From a virus: a stretch of 30,782 bases of DNA. The stretch spans positions 1 to 30,782 of the IMG/VR virus record IMGVR_UViG_3300012347_000070. One strand, written 5' to 3'. The position numbers were made by a program, and so were the translations under genes. The notes under the pieces were generated by a model. The model was not told the DNA's origin, did no database searches, and saw nothing but the letters and a program-made list of their open reading frames with translations. This document shows, one piece after another, positions 1 to 6,254 of this stretch. The first letter of the stretch is position 1. The number at the start of each line of letters is the position of its first letter.

Positions 1-55
1 GCAACTATTTGCACACCAAATCAACACTATCCAGATGAAAATTATTATAACGAAA
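1..55. repeat. 55-bp exact terminal direct repeat, copy 1 (identical to 30728..30782)
   Basis: Base-by-base comparison: gcaactatttgcacaccaaatcaacactatccagatgaaaattattataacgaaa occurs at both window ends. This implies a circular or circularly permuted unit of 30727 bp. Confidence 0.95.
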
Positions 56-78
56 CTTATAGAAAAACTAATATTTAA
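1..78 (+). CDS. C-terminal end of the wrap-around family-A small protein that starts at 30572 (...ATICTPNQHYPDENYYNETYRKTNI*)
   Basis: The frame of 30572 continues through the 55-bp overlap to TAA at 76..78. The C-terminal YYNETY motif is shared with the paralog at 29890..30114. Confidence 0.7.
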   Translation, partial: ATICTPNQHYPDENYYNETYRKTNI

Positions 79-193
79 CAAATGGCAAGAGCATATAGCT
101 AAAGAGCTAAGTAAAGATTATAAAAAGCTCTACTACTCAGCTAAATACGTGAAGAAAAAAGATGTAAAAAAAGTTTTACTTTCTAAAAATTAG
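35..193 (+). CDS. Possible small Lys-rich protein, 52 aa (MKIIITKLIEKLIFNKWQEHIAKELSKDYKKLYYSAKYVKKKDVKKVLLSKN)
   Basis: ATG-to-TAG ORF below the 60-aa cutoff of the track. It fills the space between the wrap-around gene and the boundary terminator and overlaps the upstream gene by 44 nt. Confidence 0.3.
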   Translation: MKIIITKLIEKLIFNKWQEHIAKELSKDYKKLYYSAKYVKKKDVKKVLLSKN

Positions 194-202
194 TTATATT
201 TG
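170..202 (+). promoter_or_regulatory. Bacteroidota-type promoter candidate (-7 box TATATTTG at 195..202, T-rich -33-like gttttac at 173..179)
   Basis: Exact match to the TAnnTTTG -7 consensus of Bacteroides/Flavobacterium primary-sigma promoters. The -33 TTTG is imperfect. Confidence 0.4.
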
Positions 203-207
203 TAGAA

Positions 208-304
208 CAATAAGCCTAGCGGGTCGTAGCGGTAGGGTTATTTTAAGGGTTAAAACAACCTAAAGCCAGTTTTGCACTACGACGCAAGCTGGCTTTTCTT
301 TTTT
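208..304 (+). ncRNA. Candidate small structured RNA or attenuator leader, about 95 nt, no ATG
   Basis: Lies between the promoter candidate and the terminator. Contains a locally GC-rich 5' segment with TAGCGG twice 10 bp apart (217..222, 227..232), a possible 5' hairpin and a 3' intrinsic terminator hairpin. There is no start codon before 313. Confidence 0.25.
262..304 (+). terminator. Rho-independent terminator at the early/middle boundary
   Basis: aaagccag (262..269) pairs with ctggcttt (289..296). The stem extends by ttgc/gcaa (272..275 with 284..287), loop actacgac, followed by ttttcttttttt. Confidence 0.65.
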
Positions 305-312
305 ATAATAAT

Positions 313-525
313 ATGAGTTTTGACTTTGTAATGTTAGAAGCACAAGTACCAAATGAAATTTATTGCAAGGCAATGGGTATCATTTATTCAAATTTATCAA
401 TAAGCAATATTAAAACAGATTTTGAATTAAAAACAGATGAAAGTATTCATCATTTTAAATTATCTGAATGTAATCCAATTTCAGGAGTTGTTGCTTATAT
501 CAACGATTATAATGTAAAATTATAA
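313..525 (+). CDS. Hypothetical protein, 70 aa
   Basis: ATG ORF. Its stop overlaps the next start as TAATG (translational coupling). Confidence 0.55.
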   Translation: MSFDFVMLEAQVPNEIYCKAMGIIYSNLSISNIKTDFELKTDESIHHFKLSECNPISGVVAYINDYNVKL

Positions 526-1244
526 TGAAATACTTTTTACACGATTCCAATTCGTTTAATGACGAGAAAATAACTGAGCTTTATTTAGAGTTCGGCTATG
601 AGGGTCTTGGATTGTTTTATACTATACTTGAAAAGCTTGCCTTACAAGAGAAACCTATTAAGACAATAGTATTAAAACATCAGTTAAACGTAGGCAAAAA
701 ATTAGAAAAATGCTGGACGTTTATGGAAGAAATAGATTTAATTTCTTCAAACAATGGTGAAACTTTCAACAAACAATTGCTAAACTTTAGTGAAAAGTAC
801 CAAGTTAAAAAAGAAAAAAACGCTAAACGAATTGCAGAATGGCGTGAAAATCAACAAGTTAGCGAAGATGTAACGCGTTACGAACACGTTAGTAACACTC
901 CTAAAGTAAATAAAAGTAAAGTAAAAGAAAGTAAAGTAAATAATATAGAAGATTTTGAGTACTTCTGGACTACGTATAATAAAAAAATTGATAGAGTTAA
1001 GTGTGAAAAGATTTGGAATAAATTATCTTTAGACGAAATTCAAAAAATTACTAGCACGGTCTCACAATACGTAAACGCTAACTCAGATTTACAATACAGA
1101 AAAAATCCTTCTACGTATTTAAATGGCAAGTGCTTTAATGACGAAATAATAATTACAATTCCTAGACCTCAATACAATGGAACTAACGACAAACAACCGC
1201 TCGGAACATCTGCCGCAAGAATGGAAGCCATTAAAAACTGGTAA
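525..1244 (+). CDS. DUF4373 (Lin1244/Lin1753-like N-terminal domain) protein, putative replication initiator/replisome organiser
   Basis: The N-terminus MKYFLHDSNSFNDEKITELYLEFGYEGLGLFYTILEKLA resembles the DUF4373 signature as I recall it. There is a basic KVNKSKVKESKVN linker, and the gene sits at the head of the replication/recombination module. Confidence 0.6.
   Translation: MKYFLHDSNSFNDEKITELYLEFGYEGLGLFYTILEKLALQEKPIKTIVLKHQLNVGKKLEKCWTFMEEIDLISSNNGETFNKQLLNFSEKYQVKKEKNAKRIAEWRENQQVSEDVTRYEHVSNTPKVNKSKVKESKVNNIEDFEYFWTTYNKKIDRVKCEKIWNKLSLDEIQKITSTVSQYVNANSDLQYRKNPSTYLNGKCFNDEIIITIPRPQYNGTNDKQPLGTSAARMEAIKNW
904..940 (+). repeat. GTAAA-unit direct repeats inside the DUF4373 gene (AAGTAAAGTAAA at 914..925 and 929..940, AAGTAAA at 904..910)
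   Basis: Read directly. GTAAA starts at 906, 916, 921, 931 and 936 (spacings 10, 5, 10, 5 bp). Confidence 0.8.
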
Positions 1245-1935
1245 CGCTTCCGCTAATATCATACTACAAGCACAGAGCACTCAAAGCTTACGTTTAAGAC
1301 ACGAAGAGGACTTAAAGCAAGTGTTACGTTACTCAATGGTTTTAGTAGGTCTTAGAGGCAATAATATGCCTACCGAAGAAGAGAAGTTTGTATTACTTAA
1401 TTTTATACGCTCAAACTTTGGAAACCAAACACCAGAAGAGATAAAGTTAGCTTTTGAATTAGCGGTAAGTGGTAAATTAGAAATCGATGCTAAATGCTAC
1501 GAAAACTTCTCTTGTGAATACTTTGGTCGAATTATGAAAGCTTACATTGATTACGCTAGACAAGAGACTATAACGGTAGTAAAAGAGATAGAAGTAGTTA
1601 AAGAAATTCCAAGCGATGCGGATTTAAAGATAGCAGCGATTAACTCAGCTAATATGTACGCTCAAGAAATGATTAGATGTCACGAGCGTAATATAAAAAT
1701 GAATTGGTTAGCCGGAGGTTTGCACGTTCTTTACGATTACATTGTAAAATTTGGTATTTACGAGGCTAGTCCAGAGGATAAAAAAAGGATTTACTCTACT
1801 CTTGTAAACAAATTTGATAACAAAGACGAGTTAATTATTGCTTGTAAAGCGGCTTGTTATAGAGAGTTTATCGAAAACCTTGCAGACTTTAACGCTTATT
1901 TAGATGAGAACGGAAATATTAAACCTATTGACTAA
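1177..1935 (+). CDS. Hypothetical replication-module protein; start uncertain
   Basis: Long ORF. ATG 1177 overlaps the upstream gene by 68 nt; in-frame ATGs at 1336 and 1366 are alternatives. The stop overlaps the next start as TAATG. Confidence 0.7.
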   Translation: MELTTNNRSEHLPQEWKPLKTGNASANIILQAQSTQSLRLRHEEDLKQVLRYSMVLVGLRGNNMPTEEEKFVLLNFIRSNFGNQTPEEIKLAFELAVSGKLEIDAKCYENFSCEYFGRIMKAYIDYARQETITVVKEIEVVKEIPSDADLKIAAINSANMYAQEMIRCHERNIKMNWLAGGLHVLYDYIVKFGIYEASPEDKKRIYSTLVNKFDNKDELIIACKAACYREFIENLADFNAYLDENGNIKPID

Positions 1936-3098
1936 TGAAAACAATTCAGCACAAATCAAATATAGTAAACGACAATTATACAAAATACGTATATGAGTCA
2001 TACGATATTCAAAATAAAGAATTTACCTCTGTTGATATTAATTACCAATTAGATAAATTAGATTCTTTTGAATGGAATATTATAGTAATTTTTGGAGGGT
2101 CTGGAAGTGGTAAGACTTCTATTTTAAAAAATATTGGAGATATTAAAACACCTGCTTTTAAAAACGACATTTCTTTAATATCTAATTTTGATTGGTTAGA
2201 GCCTAAAGATGCAACTCACTTACTTACTTCAGTAGGTTTATCTTCAGTTCCTACTTGGTTAAGACCTTTTAGTTCATTATCAAATGGGGAGCAATATAGA
2301 GCAACAATAGCTTATTTAATTAGCAAATCAAAAGATGGAGAAATTATTTTAATTGATGAGTTTACATCTGTTGTAAATAGAGACGTAGCTAAATCTATGT
2401 CTTTTGCAATTCAAAAATATATTAGAAGGCAAAATAAAAAGGTAATTTTTGCTTCTTGTCATTATGATATATTTGAATGGTTAATGCCTGATTATGTATT
2501 ATCACCAGAAAAGGGAGGCGCACTTGAGAAAGGCGAATGGCTTAGGCAAGGAAAACCAAGTATTAAGTTATCAGTTTACAGATGCAAACCTAAAGTTTGG
2601 GACTTGTTTAAAAAGCATCATTATCTAACAGAGGAAGTAAATGAAGCCTATATCTTTCTTTTGTTTGAATTAAATAATAAACCAATTGCGATAAATGTTA
2701 TGGGTATTCAGGTAGGAATAACAAATTGTTCAAAAAGTTATCGAGAGTCTAGGATTGTTGTTTTGCCAGATTACCAAGGTATGGGATTAGGTAGTAAAAT
2801 TTCTGAATTTTGCGCTGGGATTTCTAAGTTTTCTGAATCAAATTATTATACAAAAACTAGCAATCCTGCTTTAGGTGAGTATAGGAATAAAAGTAATAAA
2901 TGGATTGGAACTGGTCACAATGGAAAACTAAGAAATCAAAAAATAAATTCTAATAATTTATATGTTGGATTAAGAGATTCAGTACATTATTGTCACAAAT
3001 ATATAGGTGAATCAATAGAAGGTTATAGTGATTTATTATTACCTATTGATAAATTACGTTATAATGAAGAACATAAATTTCAATTAAATCTATTCTAA
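1935..3098 (+). CDS. Fusion protein: N-terminal ABC-type ATPase domain + C-terminal GNAT N-acetyltransferase domain (387 aa)
   Basis: Walker A GGSGSGKTS (nt 2094..2120). ABC-signature-like LSNGEQ (2277..). Walker B IILIDEF (2343..). H-loop-like ASCHYD. GNAT acetyl-CoA motif VVLPDYQGMGLGSKISEF (QGMGLG at nt 2775..2792). Confidence 0.7.
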   Translation: MKTIQHKSNIVNDNYTKYVYESYDIQNKEFTSVDINYQLDKLDSFEWNIIVIFGGSGSGKTSILKNIGDIKTPAFKNDISLISNFDWLEPKDATHLLTSVGLSSVPTWLRPFSSLSNGEQYRATIAYLISKSKDGEIILIDEFTSVVNRDVAKSMSFAIQKYIRRQNKKVIFASCHYDIFEWLMPDYVLSPEKGGALEKGEWLRQGKPSIKLSVYRCKPKVWDLFKKHHYLTEEVNEAYIFLLFELNNKPIAINVMGIQVGITNCSKSYRESRIVVLPDYQGMGLGSKISEFCAGISKFSESNYYTKTSNPALGEYRNKSNKWIGTGHNGKLRNQKINSNNLYVGLRDSVHYCHKYIGESIEGYSDLLLPIDKLRYNEEHKFQLNLF

Positions 3099-3100
3099 TA

Positions 3101-3328
3101 ATGGCACACCACAATAAAATACTAGAACACAAAACGACTTGCTTACATTGTGGGCATAAATGGAATCCCGAGATATTGCAAAGCATAATGTACGAGCAAA
3201 ATAAAGAATCTGTTAATATGAAATGCTTTTGCGGTTCACGTTATAGACTATTTGAAAACATAAACGGATTTATGGTATTTAGAAAATACATAATGAAAAA
3301 AGACCAAGTTAAACGAAAGACAAAATGA
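3101..3328 (+). CDS. Small zinc-ribbon-like protein, 75 aa
   Basis: CLHC ... CFC cysteine pairs. ATGA overlap with the next gene. Confidence 0.5.
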   Translation: MAHHNKILEHKTTCLHCGHKWNPEILQSIMYEQNKESVNMKCFCGSRYRLFENINGFMVFRKYIMKKDQVKRKTK

Positions 3329-3675
3329 TAACTATACTTGGGCAAGTACCTAGCAAATCGAATGGCTACAAGATTGGAAACAATAGGCTTTACAAATCTA
3401 AAGAGCTAATTGAATACGAGAATAAGTTTAAATGGTTACTAGCTCTAGCTAAAGGTAAACCAAGCGAACCTATTAAAGATAAATTTAGCATTGAAATTTT
3501 TGTCTATTTTCAATCGAATAGAAGCGACTTAGACAACGCAGCAAAGATAATCTTGGATTGTTTACAAACTAGCGGAGTAATAGAGAACGATAGGCTATGC
3601 CATCGGTTACTAATGTATAAATTCATAGACAAAGAAAATCCAAGAATAGAATTTAAAATTAAGGTAATATCCTGA
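3325..3675 (+). CDS. rusA: RusA-family Holliday junction resolvase
   Basis: GQVPSKSNGY N-terminal motif and the SDLDNAAKIILDCLQTSGVIENDRL acidic catalytic block are typical of RusA. Size is 116 aa. Confidence 0.8.
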   Translation: MITILGQVPSKSNGYKIGNNRLYKSKELIEYENKFKWLLALAKGKPSEPIKDKFSIEIFVYFQSNRSDLDNAAKIILDCLQTSGVIENDRLCHRLLMYKFIDKENPRIEFKIKVIS

Positions 3676-3706
3676 TTTTTTAAAAACAATTTAAGGTTAT
3701 ATCCTT

Positions 3707-4069
3707 ATGAATTTTAACAATGATTTTAAGTTTGATTTAGAGTTTGGGGTATTAGATGGCGAGACTTGGTTTCACGAGCTAGTAACTAACAAGAAAGTAG
3801 AGGTTAAAAGCGATAGAAGAACAAGCGAAACAGGTAACGTTTATATCGAGTATTGGTCACGAGGTAAGCCTAGCGGAATATCAACAAGCCAAGCGGACTT
3901 TTACGTTTATAAAGTTGGAGAAGACAAAGCTATTTTAATATCGACTAGCCAATTAAAGAAAAGGATAAAGCAATTAGTAGAATTAGGCAATGCTAGAATG
4001 AATGTAAAAGGGGGAGATAATAATACAAGTTTGGGAATTTTATGTAAACTAACGGATTTAATAAATTAA
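3707..4069 (+). CDS. Hypothetical protein, possible PD-(D/E)xK nuclease fold
   Basis: D17 ... E32-V-K34 (VLDGE...VEVKSD) spacing is compatible with the D-x(n)-E-x-K motif. Weak, by eye only. Confidence 0.6.
   Translation: MNFNNDFKFDLEFGVLDGETWFHELVTNKKVEVKSDRRTSETGNVYIEYWSRGKPSGISTSQADFYVYKVGEDKAILISTSQLKKRIKQLVELGNARMNVKGGDNNTSLGILCKLTDLIN
3817..3845 (+). promoter_or_regulatory. ECF-type bipartite motif copy 1 (aaGAAC-N15-CGTTTATA), intragenic
   Basis: GAAC ends at 3822 and CGTTTATA is at 3838..3845. Same architecture as the five other copies. Confidence 0.35.
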
Positions 4070-4070
4070 T

Positions 4071-4376
4071 ATGGAAAAGAAACAAACGGCAATAGAATGG
4101 CTAATAGACAAAGTAGAAGACCATTTCTGTTTATTACCAGTAGATTTAATTCAACAAGCTATGAAAATGCAAGAAGAACAATTTAAAGATTTTTTTATGG
4201 TAGGTGGTGATTGGGATGAGCTTCCGAATTCGAGGTTCAATAGATACTTTGATTCAAATTATAACAAGTTTGATTATATAAATTTATCTAATGAAAATAG
4301 TTGCAATAGATATAGTACTTTAGAATCCTTAAAAGCTAAACAACAAGACAATGAAAAAAAAACAAACGGCAATTGA
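4071..4376 (+). CDS. Family-A small protein, paralog A1 (MEKKQTAIEWLI...)
   Basis: The N-terminal KKQTAI(E/D)xLI motif and the nucleotide block aaacaaacggcaat (4080..4093) are shared with A2 (4360..4373). A3 shares aaacaaacggca (29899..29910). Confidence 0.7.
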   Translation: MEKKQTAIEWLIDKVEDHFCLLPVDLIQQAMKMQEEQFKDFFMVGGDWDELPNSRFNRYFDSNYNKFDYINLSNENSCNRYSTLESLKAKQQDNEKKTNGN

Positions 4377-4632
4377 CTCATTAATTAAAAGATGTAATGA
4401 TTCATTAGATAAAGAACCTATTAATCCTACTCAGCAAAAGATTGTATATAGCAAAGCTTTGTGTCACATAATTATTCTATTAGAAGAAGCCAAAGAAATG
4501 GAAGAAAAGCAGATAAAAGATGCTTTTGTTGAATGTTGGAAATCTAATATACCAGAAGGTATAGAATGCAAACTATCAGCAAAAGAATATTACTATAAAA
4601 CATACGGAAATGCTAACGACAAACGAAACTAA
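4351..4632 (+). CDS. Family-A small protein, paralog A2 (MKKKQTAIDSLI ... AKEMEEKQIKDA ... KEYYYKTY)
   Basis: Shares the N-terminal, central EKEQI(K/L)DA and C-terminal YY-x-x-TY motifs with 29890..30114 and 30572..78. Confidence 0.7.
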   Translation: MKKKQTAIDSLIKRCNDSLDKEPINPTQQKIVYSKALCHIIILLEEAKEMEEKQIKDAFVECWKSNIPEGIECKLSAKEYYYKTYGNANDKRN

Positions 4633-4831
4633 AGCTATCGAGTGGATAGAAGTTCAATTACTTAAACCTAACGAACGATTTATGCTCAAGGATGGAATAT
4701 ATATCAACGACTTACATTCGTCTCTTAAAACGCAAAAGGAACGTATTCTATTTGGGATAGACCCGCTAAGAAGATTAGCATTTTTGAGAGTGAGAGAAAT
4801 TAAAGACTATCTAAACAATAAATACAAATGA
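4610..4831 (+). CDS. Hypothetical small protein with a family-A-like N-terminus (NETKAIEWIE)
   Basis: ATG ORF with ATGA coupling to the next gene. Only the N-terminus resembles family A. Confidence 0.55.
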   Translation: MLTTNETKAIEWIEVQLLKPNERFMLKDGIYINDLHSSLKTQKERILFGIDPLRRLAFLRVREIKDYLNNKYK

Positions 4832-5184
4832 GCAATATAGAAGACATAATTAAGACACAATACATAAGTTTGGATTCAGCAAAATTAAGAGTTTTTGTAG
4901 ATGACATAAAAAAATTTGAGCCAATATTTAATTTACATAAGCCGGAAAATATAAATGAAGGCTTTAATGAAGATTTTATACCGATACTTATTCCAGACAA
5001 AGAAAAGAGAGCAAAATATAATATACCGAGTTTTGTTGAAGATATAGCAATTTCAAGTGATAAGACTTATGATAATTGCCTAATTATATCGGTAAATGAT
5101 TGGTATGATATAAATTTACTTCACGATTGGATTCAAGATTATCTAAACCAAAAATACAATGACACCAAAAGAAAAAGCTTATGA
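4828..5184 (+). CDS. Hypothetical protein, 118 aa
   Basis: ATG ORF tiled in the operon. Confidence 0.6.
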   Translation: MSNIEDIIKTQYISLDSAKLRVFVDDIKKFEPIFNLHKPENINEGFNEDFIPILIPDKEKRAKYNIPSFVEDIAISSDKTYDNCLIISVNDWYDINLLHDWIQDYLNQKYNDTKRKSL

Positions 5185-5365
5185 GCTATTTAGTAAATTT
5201 TATTATGTTATTCCATCATTTGAATTACCAATAGATGACCAAGTAGCTAAAGAATGTTCACTAATTGCAATAGATGAGATAATGAAAGTAGTATCATTTT
5301 ATAACGATACACAAGCAGAATATTATTATTGGGAAGAAGTACAAGAAGAAATAGAAAAACTATGA
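5159..5365 (+). CDS. Family-B small protein, paralog B1 (MTPKEKAYELF...YYWEEV)
   Basis: The N-terminal MTPK(E/Q)KA-x-EL motif and C-terminal YW-x-(E/A)V are shared with 30382..30570 and, more loosely, with 6255..6431. Confidence 0.65.
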   Translation: MTPKEKAYELFSKFYYVIPSFELPIDDQVAKECSLIAIDEIMKVVSFYNDTQAEYYYWEEVQEEIEKL

Positions 5366-5535
5366 GACATATTAAGCTTAGAAAAATTGTAAGAAAGCAA
5401 AAGGCAATAGAGCAAGCTAAGAAAAACGCACCAGACCAAGGTAATAGTATTATTTATTTTGGTTTAGATACATACAATGAAATAAATGAAATGTTGAAAA
5501 ATAATTATAAAAAGGTTGAAAGATTTAAATTATGA
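5362..5535 (+). CDS. Hypothetical basic protein, 57 aa
   Basis: I prefer ATG 5362 (ATGA overlap with the upstream stop) to the TTG at 5329 used by the track. Confidence 0.5.
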   Translation: MRHIKLRKIVRKQKAIEQAKKNAPDQGNSIIYFGLDTYNEINEMLKNNYKKVERFKL

Positions 5536-5885
5536 GCCTAAGCCAAGAAGATAAAGACAAAGCACTAACCTATTTCACAATGTGTCAAGCATTAATTCAT
5601 ATTATTGAAGATGAGTGGATAGGAAACCCAGCGAATAGACAAAGAGTAAAGTCTATAACGAATCAACAACTTAAAGAGCTTGAAAAAGTAGTAGAGATTC
5701 TTTTACCAAGAGGAGATTACACCGAGCAAGGTATGAAAGTTACCGAGCAATTTATAGAAGCAGCTGAGGCAATGCTATTCTTTTACAAAATCGGAGTGCA
5801 AATGTCCCGACTAGATGATACTAAGAGAGAGACTTTGAATACACAAATGAATATTTTGTTAAAATCCTATGAAATAAATACTTAA
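5532..5885 (+). CDS. Hypothetical protein, 117 aa
   Basis: ATG ORF with ATGA overlap to the upstream gene. Confidence 0.6.
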   Translation: MSLSQEDKDKALTYFTMCQALIHIIEDEWIGNPANRQRVKSITNQQLKELEKVVEILLPRGDYTEQGMKVTEQFIEAAEAMLFFYKIGVQMSRLDDTKRETLNTQMNILLKSYEINT

Positions 5886-5889
5886 AAAT

Positions 5890-5921
5890 TTTGTTTAATC
5901 GATTTTTTTCATTAAACTTTG
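5890..5921 (+). promoter_or_regulatory. Bacteroidota-type promoter candidate (TTTG 5890..5893, N20, AAACTTTG 5914..5921)
   Basis: The -33 TTTG is present and the -7 box has one mismatch to TAnnTTTG. Spacing falls within the 19-21 nt range. It lies in the 51-nt gap before the DUF3310 gene. Confidence 0.35.
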
Positions 5922-5936
5922 CAAAAGTCAAACGAT

Positions 5937-6164
5937 ATGAACTACGTAGAACCTCACGAAAAACTTAGTTTAGTTAATCACCCACAACACTACCAAGGAA
6001 ACGGAATCGAAGTAATAGATATAATTGAAGCATTCAGTTTAAACTTCTCTCTAGGAAACTCAATAAAGTATATTTTAAGAGCAGATAAGAAAGGGAATAA
6101 GAAGCAAGACCTCGAAAAAGCGATTTGGTATCTTAACAACGAGCTAAAAAAATTCAATGGATAA
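5937..6164 (+). CDS. DUF3310-family protein
   Basis: VNHPQHYQGNGIEVIDIIEAF ... NSIKYILRADKKGNKKQDLEKAIWYL matches the DUF3310 pattern as I recall it. I chose ATG 5937 over the upstream TTG 5919. Confidence 0.7.
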   Translation: MNYVEPHEKLSLVNHPQHYQGNGIEVIDIIEAFSLNFSLGNSIKYILRADKKGNKKQDLEKAIWYLNNELKKFNG

Positions 6165-6175
6165 ATTAGTATTAC

Positions 6176-6218
6176 AAGCTATTTGGGTAGGAATTGCCGA
6201 GATAGCTTTTATTATTTA
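6176..6218 (+). terminator. Hairpin plus T-rich tail, possible terminator after the DUF3310 gene
   Basis: aagctat (6176..6182) pairs perfectly with atagctt (6202..6208), 19-nt loop, followed by ttattattta. Confidence 0.35.
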
Positions 6219-6254
6219 TATGAGCTACTTGATAGTTCAAGAATCAAAGAAGCG

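Noticed and set aside
1-55. The 55-bp end repeat as a biological direct terminal repeat or cos-type end
   Set aside because: It sits in the middle of an in-frame ORF and has a typical assembler k-mer length. TerL looks like a headful (PBSX-like) enzyme. This cannot be fully excluded without read-terminus analysis.
211-262. Possible tRNA in the locally GC-rich segment (gcctagcgggtcgtagcggtagggtt...)
   Set aside because: No acceptor-stem pairing, no GTTC-type T-loop, and no cloverleaf could be drawn.
1177-1244. Programmed frameshift joining 525..1244 and 1177..1935
   Set aside because: The downstream ORF is in the +1 frame and that frame is closed by TAA at 1150..1152. There is no slippery heptamer in the overlap, and an ordinary ATG is available.
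1935-3098. ABC ATPase (1935..3098) plus metallophosphoesterase (26781..27770) as an SbcCD/Mre11-Rad50 pair
   Set aside because: The genes are 24 kb apart in different operons. The ATPase has no coiled-coil insertion or zinc hook, and it is fused to a GNAT domain instead.
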